DNA from: Eledone cirrhosa
Lineage: Eukaryota
Reading direction: 5' to 3'
NCBI GenBank assembly: GCA_964016885.1
Contig: OZ024744.1
Location: 91,574,001 to 91,638,000, forward strand
Length of the DNA stretch: 64,000 bases
Numbering within the stretch: position 1 is the first letter of the stretch; the number at the start of each line of letters is the position of its first letter. Below, piece after piece: positions 14,040 to 28,411 of the stretch. Position numbers and translations under genes: made by a program. Below the pieces are notes generated by a model. The model was not told the DNA's origin, did no database searches, and saw only the letters and a list, made by a program, of their open reading frames with translations.

Positions 14040-14160
14040 CATATGATTCCAGTTCCTCGGAGGGTTAACAACACAACCAGGAGCTGGGAATATCGATGAA
14101 TTGACAGAGTGGAACACATTTCAACACCATGTTTACCTGTTCTTTCTACATTAATTTGTA

Positions 14161-14213
14161 CTGCCTGATGAGGTCACAGCCAATAATAGCTGTCACTGAA
14201 ATATATATAGCAG
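14161..14213 (+). ncRNA. Hammerhead ribozyme (family 3)
   Basis: CTGC CTGATGA G GTCACAGC-caataata-GCTGTCAC T GAAA TATATA TA GCAG. Confidence 0.7.
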
Positions 14214-14378
14214 AGAATTTATAATAAATGAAGCCAAATTTAACATGTTTGACTTACCTATTTTTTATATATATATATAACGAAGGGGGTGTGGTAAGGA
14301 ACCAGATGGACCATAACGCATATATATATATAATAATAATAAACAAGAATGACGGTTTCATTTGTCCATCCCTATTTA

Positions 14379-14450
14379 TTTTGTTATACGTATTTCGAAG
14401 ACCTATGCTAGTTGTATAACAACTGCCTTACATGTTCTCTTCAGACAAAA
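14379..14450 (-). ncRNA. Hammerhead ribozyme (family 2, diverged)
   Basis: Minus strand: TTTTGT CTGAAGA GAA..long stem II..TTC GAAA TACGTA TA ACAAAA. Confidence 0.65.
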
Positions 14451-14544
14451 ATTCACATGAGATGTAAATAATCCACCTGGTTGTGGTGCAGCTGATAACA
14501 TTGTTAGAACTCAATCTATCCTATATATATATATATACCCTTAC

Positions 14545-14582
<38 letters not shown>

Positions 14583-14638
14583 GTGAGGTTTTTTTTTACA
14601 AAATGAAAAATAACCGAGGTGTCCTACACGAGTGAAAG

Positions 14639-14904
14639 TATAAGGAAAGAAGATGAAATCGAAAATGCAACTGGAGTCTTTTTTTTTTTTAAATATATAT
14701 TTATTTGGTTCCTTTACCGGTTTCGCAGTTCTTCTGCTTTTCAAAAGTAGAATTGAAATGGAGGGATTGTGGTTTTTCTCACATCTCAATTCTCCATCTC
14801 AATTCTATTCTTGAAAAGCAGAACTGCGAAACCGGTAAAGGAACCAAATAACTATATATTTAAAAAAAAAAGACTCCAGTTGCATTTTTGATTTCATCTT
14901 CTTT

Positions 14905-14911
<7 letters not shown>
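14639..14911. repeat. Inverted repeat, ~120-bp arms with 28-bp spacer
   Basis: 14639-14763 vs 14792-14911; uninverted homologue at ~19980-20250. Confidence 0.85.
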
Positions 14912-14942
<31 letters not shown>

Positions 14943-15542
14943 CGGTTTGCTTTTATCCTTCTATGTTGTTTACATGTCCCCCTCGCCTTACGCGAATTCT
15001 GGTCCCAATAACTTTTTTTAGTTATTGCTCGCACCAACCTGAGGTATCTGATTTTTAATGCGATGAAATACCAATGATGGTTGGAAAATCACTGACGAAG
15101 GACTATTTTTATCATATGTAACCCATGTGCAAACCACGCAGTATTCTTCTTTCTTCTCATGTTTATATATATATATATACATACATACATACACAGTGTT
15201 TTTGAGGAGAGCAGCCGATTGAACTGGATCTTCGATACTAGTAATAGGTAGTAATGTAACCACTACCATGCTAGTCGATACATTGATCTCCACTGATCAA
15301 TCGACCCTTCAGAAACAATTGTAAAATAATGAACTAACTCTCTACCTACACCTGACTTCTGTTTTTATTGTTCAAACCCGGACTGATTTTCTGCGAGGAT
15401 GTCTTAGACAGTGATCACCTACCACAAAAATTACTGGTCACGCTGTCAATTCTTGCCACAACTATCCTTCCTAGGATACATTGAGTTCTAACAATGTTAT
15501 CAGCCGCACCACAACCAGATGGACTCTGATATATATATAACA

Positions 15543-16335
15543 CTAGCAGCTGAGCCCGGTTGCACCCGGGGCCACTTTTTATTAAGTTAATAATTTGAAA
15601 AATATTATTGAAAGTTTATTATAAAGAAGCAGTTTCAGGAAAAAAAATAGAAATATGCACTTGGGGCTGGACGGCGTACAATGAGAAGGTAAGGGTTTTA
15701 TTTCTTTTGTTAGAAAACAGTGACCTTTTTCGATTTGGCATTTCGTAAAATTCTACTGCAGAATCGATTTCATAAAACGGTACTGTATGATCGTTATAGA
15801 GGTATTTAAATTTAATATGGAGCAACTGTAATTGAAAAATGAAAATGAAACGTACTGTAGAAGGCAACAGTTTATTAATCTGCATTTTCAAATTTGCATA
15901 TCATCGACATTGCTATTTCGCTGTTAATAAACAACGCTTTTCACGTCGCTCCACTTCTAATTGTACGCCGTCCAGCCCCAAGTGCATATTTCTATTTTTT
16001 CCCCTGAAACTGCTTCTTTATAATAAACTTTCAATAATATTTTTCAAATTATTGGTACTGTATGTTAACAGCGAAAGAACGTTGATGAGTTTTAAAATTT
16101 GTATGAAATTGTAAATAACTCATCCAAGTATTAGAACAGGGGGAAATAACTCACCGAACGCGATAGTAAATATACCGTTTGGGGGCCCCAGGGACCACAT
16201 TTTTCAAGTTAGAGATTTGAAACCTCGTCTATTTGCTTCCTTGGCACTTTTTACATAGGTGTGTAAATTTTCATGTCCATCCGACCGTGCACATCTGGAT
16301 TTCAACCACCACCCATTTCACAAACATATATTAGA
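15543..16335 (-). mobile_element. Non-autonomous Helitron unit 1
   Basis: Minus strand 5' TCTAATATAT, 3' hairpin CCCGG..CCGGG then CTAG followed by T; internal ~95-bp inverted repeat 15588-15682/15960-16052. Confidence 0.75.
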
Positions 16336-18365
16336 CTAGCAGAGGTACCCGGCGTTGCTCGGATATTAAATAGCAGTTGTGTATACCATTTATGTCAATA
16401 CTTCAGTGCTGCTTCGAAAACTATACTTTTACAAAATCATCCGCTTTTTCCAAAAGGGGGTTCCTGCCCCCCAGGGGTCCCCTACCTAATATGTGCCAAT
16501 TCTGAGAGTTAACATTCATCTGTAGGACAAACGTAGCCCATGTGTCAAGTTTTGTGAAAATCGGTTGCGAACTCCAGAAGTTATGACGTTTTGTTGCATT
16601 GCACTGCAGTGCTTCAGCCGACTCCAAGGAAGTGGTTAAAGGGGTTATCTGCCAGGAGGCCCTATAATCAATATCTGGAAAAATGACAGTGCCAATGACC
16701 ATCCCGAGTACATAAGTAACCTATGTCTTAAGTTTGGTGAAAATACTGTAGAAATGCATAAGATTTATACATACGCGCGTGCGTTCGTGTGTGTGTGTGC
16801 GTGTGCGTATGTGTGTGTGTGTGTGGGTGTGTATGTATTTGTGTGTGCGTATGTATGTGTATGTCCGTCGGGGCATACGTATGTACTGGCCTAAATCTTC
16901 ACTACTTACTTTTACTATTTTAATAACCTCTGTCATTTTCGTTTTCAATTTTATTTACATCATTCTTAAACTCCGGGACTGGAAATCATTCTGTTATTTT
17001 AAATAGAATATTAGTCTAACGACTCCATTTATACCATAAACTTGGTCTTGTCTTTGCATGAAATTGTTCTTCACGCTCCACATAACGACGTATTATCCTC
17101 GCTTTTTTTCCCGTTCATTGCCAGGGAACGTCTTCACGAACCAAAATATCGTCTTCCTGTTTTCGTTCGGTTGCAACGTTTCTCGAAATATTTACTCTCA
17201 GTTCAATTTGAATGGGAAATTCCTGTTTCATCGATTTTCTCCGTAACCATGGAAGCTTGTAGTAGCCAAAAGTTTATTAACAGCGAAATAACGTTGTCTT
17301 TGATATGTTATTTTAAATAAGACAATGAATCGAAAAATACTACTTACTGTTAGTGGTGGTTAACATGTATTAGAAATAAAATGAAAATGATATCTGAAAA
17401 AACGTACTTGAGAACATGACTCCCTTCTTCGCAATTTAAGGGTTTTATTTCTTTTGATGGAAAACAGTGACTGTTTTCGGTTTAGCATTTCGTAAAATGG
17501 TACTGCAGAATTGATTTCATAAAACGGTACTGTGTGATAGTTTACACTTTGATTGCCCTGGTCAGCATGAGGGGCCTCTATATATTAGATATTTATTAGG
17601 AGAGGGGGAAATAACTAACTCCAGTATTAGAACAGGGGGTTCGCAATGTAAGGGTTTTATTTCTTTTGTTAGAAAACAGTGACCTTTTTCGTTTTGGCAT
17701 TTCGTAAAATTCTACTGCAGAATCGATTTCATAAAACAGTACTGTATGATCGTTATAGAATTATTTAAATTTAATATAGAGCAATTGTATTTTAAAAATG
17801 AAAATGAAACGTACTGTAGTAGCCAAAAGTTTATTAACAGCGAATAACGTTGTCTTTGATATGTTATTTTAAATAAGACAATGAATCGAAACATCCTATT
17901 TACTTTTAGTGGTGGCTAACATGTATTAGAAATAAAATAAAAATGATATCTGAAAAAACGTACTTGAGAACATGACTCCCTTCGCATTTTAAATGTTTTA
18001 TTTCTTTTGATGGAAAACAGTGACTGTTTTCGGTTTGGCATTTCATGAAATGGTACTGCAGAATTGATTTCATAAAACGGTACTGTATGTTAACAGCGAA
18101 AGAAAGTTGCGAAAGAACGCAGCGAAATAAATTGATGAGTTAGTATTAGAACAGGGACAGGGTTAAATAACTCACCGAACGCAATAGTTTTGAGGCCCCA
18201 GTGACCACATTTTTCAAGTTAGAGATTTGAAACCTCGTCTATTTGCTCCCTTGGCACTTTTTACATAGGTGTGTAAATTTCCATGTCCGTCCGACCACGT
18301 CTACTACCATTTAACCGTGCACATCTGAATTTCAACCACCGCCCATTTCACAAATATATATTAGA
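16336..18365 (-). mobile_element. Non-autonomous Helitron unit 2 with internal tandem duplications
   Basis: Same 5' ~200 bp as unit 1 (A|TCTAATATAT at 18365); different 3' hairpin plus CTAG at 16336-16339. Confidence 0.7.
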
Positions 18366-18553
18366 TATGGTATGTTATATGTTGCCAAATATACTATACA
18401 TACATTCATGTATATATCACTATTTCAGAGCACCAATTCTAATACATAATTTTTGCTGGACCGGCAATTGCTTTGAATAATCAGCTCCAGATTATTACTG
18501 GAATTCTATAAGAATCCATCTTCTATAATTTTTGGCGGAAGCAGGGGGTGCGT

Positions 18554-18595
18554 GGCTCTGATGAACGCCAATCAGCGTGAAACAGACTGTCAGCT
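18554..18595 (+). ncRNA. Hammerhead ribozyme (family 4) with canonical GUC site
   Basis: GGCT CTGATGA ACGC-caatca-GCGT GAAA CAG-a-CTG TC AGCT. Confidence 0.8.
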
Positions 18596-18646
18596 TCTCT
18601 CCCTTCTTTCGCCGAAAAGAAGTAAGTGACATAGTCACTACTTTAA

Positions 18647-18866
18647 CCCTTTAGCATTCACATTACTCTATATATACTATTATATTTTCATGGTAAAGGA
18701 TTTACCTCGCATAATTATCTCACATAATATCGAATCTATGAGATTTTGAAAGTATTTATTTTGAGAACAATACCTTAACATCAGTTTGAGTGACCAGTTA
18801 CAGGCAGTTTCAACAGAAAAAGGTAGAGAATTCTGGCTGGTTTTGGCCGGTTTGAACATTAAAGGG
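18647..18866. mobile_element. TTAA-targeting (piggyBac-like) MITE
   Basis: TTAA|CCCTTTA...TAAAGGG|TTAA; empty homologous site at ~20620-20630. Confidence 0.8.
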
Positions 18867-19046
18867 TTAAAACTGATAGCGTATGGTCTGCTAAATGTTT
18901 TAATTAAACATACGGTATGTTGCCAAATATACTATACATACATTCATATATATATATATGTAAAATGTAAACATAAATAACGACACAATCGATACAGTAT
19001 ATGGAAGAAATATATTAGGTTAACACTTGATATAGCAGGAAGAGGG

Positions 19047-19082
19047 TCTTAACGTTTCGGATGCTAGTCCTTCATCAGAAGT
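19047..19082 (-). ncRNA. Hammerhead ribozyme family 1, copy 3 (element ~18960-19260)
   Basis: Reverse complement CTT CTGATGA AGGACTAGCATCC GAAACGTT AAGA. Confidence 0.7.
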
Positions 19083-19547
19083 TAGAATGAGAAATTAGAA
19101 AGATTGAGGGGATGAGCAGGTTGGAATTGGAAAAAGTGTTTTTAGAGAAAAAATAACAGGTCCGTTCATGTTGACATCTCTTGGAAAACTGTTGGTGCTG
19201 GCGTTTTGTGTATGATTTATTTTTTTTAGAAAAATGGATGATAGAGCGCCTCTACCTGAAATGGAAAAAAAAACGTTTTGTATAAAGAGCTATACTTGCG
19301 CACGTGCGTAAGCATGAGTGTGTGTTACTATATATCCGTACAAAACTAAGACGATAAGTGCGTGTATATGTAAGTAAAAGAGTGTGTGTATGCTTGTAAG
19401 TACAAAGCTGTGAGAAAAAGTATGTTTATATAAGGTTGGGTTGTGTCTGTGTATGCAGAGCTATGAAGGGAAAAGTTGTAAGAGTATATGTTTCTGACCA
19501 TAAGAGAGCCATAGGAATCTAGGGGTGAATATATATAATGTATATAT

Positions 19548-19882
19548 CTCTGTCCCTCATTATCGCTGCCATGTCCCGCGTCTCCAACAGACCAGTGTCT
19601 GTCCTTAGGGCATCAACATATGTTAACCTTGGTCTTCCTCTTCCAGTGTGTCCATGTAGGGGCTCCCACAGGAGCACCGAGTGCAATGTCAACTCTGGAT
19701 GTCGGTGAGCATGTCCAGCTAACCTCAGTCTCCTCTGTGTCACTTTTGAGCTGACTTTTGGGAGGCTCCCATACAGCTCTGAGTTTTTCATCCTCAGTGT
19801 ATATGGCAGCGATAATGAGGGACAGAGACCGCTGGAGAGAACTCGTCCATGGATCTCGGGAATTTTACCCGCCCTAGATAGA
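19548..19882. mobile_element. 5'-inverted short copy of LINE family 2
   Basis: Minus-strand RLRLAGHAHRHPEL segment joined to plus-strand 3' end CCGCCCTAGATAG; flanked by ATAATGTATATAT repeats. Confidence 0.75.
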
Positions 19883-19952
19883 TAATGTATATATATATGT
19901 GTGGGTGGGCGTGTGTGTCTCTCTCTATATATATATATATAATGTATATATG

Positions 19953-19983
<31 letters not shown>

Positions 19984-20257
19984 TAGAAATTGAGGTTTTT
20001 TTTACAAAATGAAAAATAACCGAGGTGTCCTACATGAGTGAAAGTATAAAGAAAAAAAGATGAAATCGAAAATGCAACTGGAGTCTTATTTAAAAAAAAT
20101 ATATATATATTTATTTGGTTCCTTTACTGGTTTCGCAGTTCTTCTGCTTTTCAAAAGTAGAGTTGAGATGGAGGGTCTGTGGTTTTTCTCACATCTGGTT
20201 GGTCTTTGAATGTTACTTGTTTTATATGGAAAAAAGTGGCTCGAAACGCCAGGCTTA

Positions 20258-20315
<58 letters not shown>

Positions 20316-20388
20316 GTATATATGTGTGAGTGGGTGTGTGTGTGTGTATATATATATAATGTATATATGTGTGTGTGTATATATATAT

Positions 20389-20695
20389 ATATAGTGTATT
20401 TTGCAATACACTATGCTTAATTAAAAGCATTTTGAAGAACTTACGCTATTGTTTTAAAGTAGTCACAATGTCACTTACTTCTATTTTCAGCAAAGAAGGG
20501 GAGATAAGCTAACAGAGCTCTGTTTCGTACTTGCTGGTACTTATCAAAGCTCAGCACTCTTCCTGTCCGCTGAAAATTCTCCCCTTGTTTGCTGAAAATA
20601 GAAGTAAGTGACATTGTCACTACTTTAAAACAAAAGCGTAAGATCTTCAAAATGCTTTTAATTAAGCATACAGTATATTGCAAAATACACTATAT
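20389..20695. repeat. Inverted repeat (~115-bp arms) with degenerate hammerhead in the spacer (20507-20551, -)
   Basis: Arms 20389-20503/20578-20695; AGCT TTGATAA GTAC-cagcaa-GTAC GAAA CAGAGCTCTG TT AGCT. Confidence 0.8.
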
Positions 20696-20737
20696 ATACA
20701 TTCATATATATATTGCTATTTCAGAACACCAATTCTA

Positions 20738-20771
<34 letters not shown>

Positions 20772-21110
20772 CAAAAGAAACATGTCATATGGGACAATAA
20801 TGATGTAGTTGTTGTTGCTGTTGTCATTGTTGCAGTGTTGTAATCTTTATCACTCTTGTTTAAACATCAGTACTATGCTATAATGGTAGCTGTTCAAATA
20901 CATTGGAATCACAGAATTACAGAATTACAGAATTATGGAATCACAAAATCACGAAATCATGGCATCATGGAATCATGAATCTGTCAAACATATTGGATTT
21001 GCTATGGTTCCATCTCGTTTGAAAAGATGAAATATCTGTTCTGTTGTACTAAGCCTAAATTCATTATTTGCTTTGCTCTACAATCAACATCCTGCAATAC
21101 TATGTATATA

Positions 21111-21461
21111 TCATCATCATCATCATTCATCATTTCATTTTACGTCCGCTTTTTCCCTGCTTGCAAGGGTGGGACGGGAACTGATGCTGGCTTGATTTCT
21201 ACAGCTGGATGCCCTTCCTAACACCAACCTCATTTACAGTGAGTGCTGGGTGCTTTTTTACTGTGGCACCTCCACGACCACTTTGCAGTGGAATGATATG
21301 GACTCCAGTCCCTATCATCTCATTTCTACAGCTGAGTAAACTGGAGCAATGTGAAATAAAGTGTCTTGCTCAAGGAAACAACACATCACCTGGTCTGAGA
21401 ATTGAACTCACAACCTTTCGATTGCAAGGCCAATGCTCTAACGACTAAGCCATGTGCCTCC
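21111..21461 (-). mobile_element. Full-length tRNA-derived SINE family A with RTE tail
   Basis: Reverse complement of 39788-40165. Confidence 0.85.
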
Positions 21462-21618
21462 ATATATATATATATATATATTTTTTTTAATGATCAACTT
21501 ACGTCAAATCGGACCGAGGAAACAATGTTTCCATTGGTCTTTGCAATTGCTAATACTATCCATCGGTCGCAACTCTAGGTTGAAGAAGCAACGTGAAATA
21601 AATATATACATCATCATA

Positions 21619-21652
<34 letters not shown>

Positions 21653-21919
21653 GTTTAACGGCTATCTTTCACATGCTAGCATCAGCTAGACGTGTCCCAT
21701 TTAGAGGCAAGTTGGGTCGGGTGACTGTGTCTCGCTCATATAGGAGTGTTATTGGCTGGTTTTCTACAGTTGGATGCCTTTCCTAATGCCAACCAAATTT
21801 ACAGTGTGTGCTGGGTGCTTTTTACCGTGTCTTTTACATGGCTATATATTCTGGAGCACATGAGTTGAAACCGCTTGCCACCAAGGTCGGGCTTTTACAT
21901 ATCTTTCTATCTCCCTCTC

Positions 21920-21960
<41 letters not shown>

Positions 21961-22029
21961 CATGCATATCTGGCATACATATATGAAATAGAAAATAGGT
22001 CACATACATACATATATATATATGTATGT

Positions 22030-25000
22030 ATGTCTGGGTGGGAAATGACGATGGGATGGGTGGTGTAGGTATACTACTAGCTGACAAGTGGGTAGATAAA
22101 GTAATCTCAGTGTACAGGGTAAATGCAAGAATCATTAAACTCAGACTAATCCTGAATAAAACAATTACCACAATAATATCAGCTTACGCACCCCAATCGG
22201 GGTTGCCAGACGAATTTAAGGATAGATTTTATGAGTCCCTAATGCACACTACTGCTCTAACAAACGACAATGACTTCCTAATCATCGCAGGAGATTTTAA
22301 TGGACACGTAGGTAAACACTGTGGCGGCTTCAATAGAGTCCATGGAGGCCATGAGGTTGGCACAAGAAATGAAGAAGGATTCAGACTTCTAGAATTCTGC
22401 GACGCCAATGACATGTCGATATGTAACACAAACTTCAAAAAACCCGACAACCACCTGATCACCTATAGATCAGGGGAGCATTCTAGTCAGATAGATTTTA
22501 TCCTCATCAGAGGACGTGACAGAAGGACGGTCGTAAACACAAAAGCCTTCCCTAGTGAGGAATGTACCTCCCAACATAGCTTAGTTGTCAGCGACCTCAC
22601 AGTCAGAACTAGACAAACCTGGAAACAGAGGCCAACCTGGAGAAGAAAGATCTGGAAACTGAAAGACCCCTCAGCCAGTAACAGATTTAAAGATATTTTA
22701 CTCAACGCCTATGGCAGTAAAGAAGAACAGATAGAGACATTCAATGTAGAAGAGCACTGGGAGTTCCTAAAAAATAACTTACTAGAGGCGACAGATGAGG
22801 TCTGTGGCTGGAGTAAGACCACAAGCAGGAGGAGAGTGACTTGGTGGTGGAACAATAAGGTAGATGAGGCAGTTAAGGCCAAGAGACAGGCATGGAAAGA
22901 ATGGAAGAATGGGGGAGCATGGTACATTACATAGAGACCAAGAGCAAAGCTAGGTGACAAGTATACTTAGCTAGGAGGGAAGTAGAGGATAGAAAATTCA
23001 AGCATGTTTTGCAACGTGAGGACCAGAAACAGGAGGTGTTCAAGATTGTGAGACAGTGTGTCAGAGAGAATTGTGATGTCATTGGAGAGAAGTGTATCCG
23101 GAATGATAAAGGTGAGCTTGCCCTCACAAGTGCTGAGAAGAAAGATGCATGGAAGAGTCATTATGATAGATTACTAAATGAGGAGAATGCATGGGAAGAA
23201 GAGACCCTACCCCAAGTAGACCCTATAGAGGGGCCAGCAGTACAAGTCAGCAGCAGCGTAGTAAGTAAGGCAATCAAAGATATGAAGTTGGGGAAGGCAA
23301 CCGGTCCATCGGGTATAGCTGCCGAGATGCTGAAGGCATCTGGGTCTGTAGTTCACACTATAACCACACGTATTGTTAACCAGGTAATACTAGAAGGTGC
23401 CATACCAAAAGATTGGTGCAGTAGCATCATTGTCAAATGCTACAAATGTAAAGGTGATGCACTCGATAGAGGAAACTATAGAGGTATAAAGCTGATAGAC
23501 CAGGTCATGAAAGTAACAGAAAGAGTTATAGCACAGTTGATTAGGGACCGGGTGAAACTAGATGAGATGTAATTTGGGTTTGTACCAGGAAGAGACACCA
23601 CTGATGCCCTCTTCCTTGTCAGGCAGTTACAGGAAAAGTGAGAAAGCCTTTGACAGAGTTCCACGTACTGTAATCTGGTGGGCTCTTAGAAAACTAGGAG
23701 TAGATGAATGGCTTGTGAAAGCTGTACAAGCCATGTATAGGGGAGCAGTCAGCAAAGTTAGGATTAGCAATGAGTATAGCGAGGAATTTAGCGTACAGGT
23801 TGGGGTCCACCAGGGCTCTGTTCTTAGCCCTCTCCTGTTCATCATAGTCCTGCAGGCAATAGCGGAGGAGTTTAAGACCGGATGCCCATGGGAACTCCTG
23901 TATGCTGATGACCTCGCACTTATAGCTGAATCTATGGTAGAACTAGAGAAGAAATTCCAAACTTGGAAGCAGGGACTAGAAAGAAAGGGTCTCAAAGTCA
24001 ACATGACAAAGACTAAGGTCCTTGTAAGTAGACGAGAAAACAGAACCCAGATCCCCTCAGGGAAATGGCCTTGCTCAGTATGTACGAAAGGTGTAGGTAG
24101 GAACTCCATTCTCTGCCTCAAATGCAAACAATGGGTACACAAGAGATGTAGCGGGATCTCAGGAAGCTTAATTAAGAATGTAGGCTTCATATGCAGCAGC
24201 TGTACTGGGACAGCAAGCAGCAAACAGCCACAGGAAACAAGTACCACCAATCTCTGGGAGGGCTCTGTAGAGACAGTAGACAGCTTCTGCTACCTAGGTG
24301 ACCGATTTAGCAGCTGAGGTGGGTGTTCAGAAAGTACAATAACTAGGGTAAGAACGGGATGGAAGAAGTTCAGGGAACTGCTACCACTGCTAGCTGCAAA
24401 AGGCTTCTCCCTCAAAATGAAAGGCAGACTGTATGATGCGTGTATCCGAAAAACGATGTTACATGGAAGTGAGACCTGGGCGCTGAGGGTGGAAGACTTA
24501 CGTAGATTAGAGAGAAACGAAGCCTGCATGCTCCGATGGATGTGTAATAGTAATATACGCGAACGACAAAGCATAAATGAATTGAGAGTGAGACTGAGCA
24601 TAAGAGGAATCAAATGCTGTGTGCAGGAGAGGCGGATGTGTTGGTATGGACATGTGATGCGTATGAAGGATGACAGCTGCATAAAAAGGTGCAGAGCACT
24701 AGAGTCGATGGAAACCGCGGAGTGGGGAGACCCAAGATGACCTGGGATGAGGTGATAAAAGCCGACCTTACCCAATTACACCTCTCAAAGGCGATGACAC
24801 ACGACCGTGACCTCTGGCGTCATGCAGTAATACAGAGTACCCGACCTCCCATGGGTACGAGCTGAAGCATATAGACAATATGCCCCCACACCCTCCCACT
24901 GCAAGGTGATCGTGGAGGTGCCACGGCAAAAAAGCACCCAACCCACACTGTAAAGTGGACGTGTAGGTGCCACGAAAAAGCACCCAGCACTCACTGTAAA

Positions 25001-25155
25001 TGAGGTTGGTGTTAGGAAGGGCATCCAGCTGTAGAAATCAAGCCAAATCAGTTCCTGTATGAGCAAGGCATGGTCAGCCGACCAGACACTGCCCACAGCA
25101 GGACAACCCGTCTAACGCATGCTAGCGTGGAAGAACGGACGTAAAACGGTGATGA

Positions 25156-25159
<4 letters not shown>
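22030..25159 (+). mobile_element. RTE-clade LINE (family 1A), 5'-truncated, pseudogenised APE-RT-PHD ORF, long 3'UTR, (GAT)n tail
   Basis: APE motifs AYAP, GDFNGH, QIDFIL; RT motifs GVHQGSVLSP, LYADD; stops/frameshifts near 22934, 23570, 23640, 24315. Confidence 0.93.
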
Positions 25160-25183
<24 letters not shown>

Positions 25184-25188
<5 letters not shown>

Positions 25189-25380
25189 AACAAGTAAGAC
25201 CCCGACGGCTGAGCTCAATCCGTTTCGACGGCTAATTCTGGACTGAATTAGCCGTCGAAACGGCTTGATCTCAGCCGTCGGGGTCTTACTTGTTCCTATT
25301 ACCCACTCTACTACCCTAAGTATTGAGTACTTTGGTGCGTTATGGTCCACCTGGTTCCTTACCACATTTCCTTCGTTATA
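25184..25380. repeat. Hairpin element: 55-bp-arm palindrome plus conserved 80-bp tail
   Basis: Arms 25184-25238/25245-25299; sister copy 28221-28412; tail fragment inverted at ~14277-14320. Confidence 0.8.
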
Positions 25381-25436
25381 TATATATATATGTATATATA
25401 CATATACATATATATATGTATATATATGTATATATA

Positions 25437-25478
<42 letters not shown>

Positions 25479-25714
25479 TATATATATGAGATAAACTGAC
25501 ATAGAAAGAAAATAAGCCAATCGGAAGTCAGAAAGAAAGTGTGTATGATAAGAAAGGAAGAAAAAGAAAAAAGGGGTAAAAGTAATACAAATTCCTTGGC
25601 AAATATCCAAAATGTAGGAAGAAGTTAAAGCAGGCCGTGTGACATTAGCAGAACTTATTCCTTCATACATGATTAATCAGGCGAAAACTGATGATGATGT
25701 CTCAAGAAACAAGA

Positions 25715-25742
25715 AATATATGTATATGTGTATATATATATG

Positions 25743-25840
<98 letters not shown>

Positions 25841-25842
25841 TG

Positions 25843-25887
<45 letters not shown>

Positions 25888-26025
25888 GTATGTATATATA
25901 TATATATGTATGATTATATATATATATATATATATGTATGTATATATATATATATATATATGTATGTATATATATATATATATGTATATGTATGTATATA
26001 TATATATGTATATGTATGTATATAT

Positions 26026-26066
<41 letters not shown>

Positions 26067-26156
26067 TATATATATGTATGTATATATATATATACATATG
26101 TATATATATATGTATGTATATATATATGTATATATATATGTATGTATGTATATATG

Positions 26157-26192
<36 letters not shown>
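25715..26192. repeat. (AT)n microsatellite
   Basis: Direct reading. Confidence 0.95.
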
Positions 26193-26196
<4 letters not shown>

Positions 26197-26992
26197 TAGC
26201 TTGATTTGTTTTTTGGCTTAGGTGGTTAATGCCTTCTTGACCACTTTTCAGTTTGTATGGCGTTTTAACATATATGTTTAGCTCTAGTTTTCTTAACTAT
26301 TGGAGCGCTTGCCAGCATTTCTACGATTTTGCGTTTCGTTTCGCTTTTTCTACCTGCCGAAATACGATTCTCGCTGAAATTATATTTGTATTAATCTCCC
26401 GAGTCTTACAGTTAACCTGTTAATAATTCTATTGGCAGATTAATTGCATAAGTTTATTTTAAAAACTACCCGGTTGAGTGCTTATTCGATTTGTGCTATC
26501 TATGCCATTTTTTGTTTGATATTCACATACTGAATTCATTTGCCAAAATCTGGGGAATTTCCCCTTGTGAGTTACACATGTGCTTTTACAAAGTTCTGCA
26601 TCACTCACAAAGTTGGTGCAGAGCAAAATACCTGTTGATAACGTGTTGATATTCCTTGTTCGATCTTTATGCTGAAAGCTTATAGTTTTAGGCAGACAGT
26701 ATTATTGATTTAGGTGTCATAGAAACCCTGCATTTGGATTTTACCATCAATTCCATTTCGGTCCAGGTTTGTTTTTATCATTTATTTTGTTTGACCTGTT
26801 TAGCTTGATTTGCTTTTTGGCTTAGGTGGTTAATGCCTTCTTGACCACTTTTTCAGTTTGTATGGCTTTTTAACATATTGTTTAGCTCTAGTTTTCTTAA
26901 CTATTGGAGCGCTTGCCAGCATTTCTACGATTTTGCGTTTCGTTTCGCTTTTTCTACCAGCCGAAATACGATTCTCGCTGAATTTATATTTA
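26193..26992. repeat. Element bounded by ~195-bp direct repeats
   Basis: 26193-26388 is highly similar to 26797-26990. Confidence 0.8.
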
Positions 26993-27078
26993 TATATATA
27001 TATATATTTATATGCCATCTAACCCATCTTAGCGTGGAAGAACGGATGTAAAACGGTGATGATGATGATGATGATGAT

Positions 27079-28220
<1,142 letters not shown>

Positions 28221-28411
28221 ATAGGAACGAGTAGGACCCCGATGGCTAATTCTGGACTAAAATTGATTTTAGTCCAGAATTAGCCATCGGAAAGGCTTGA
28301 GCTCAGCTGTCGGGGTCTGACTCGTTCCTATTACCCACTCTACTACCCTAAGTATTGAGTACTTTGGTGTGTTATGGTCCATCTGGTTCCTTACCACATT
28401 TCCATCGTTAT

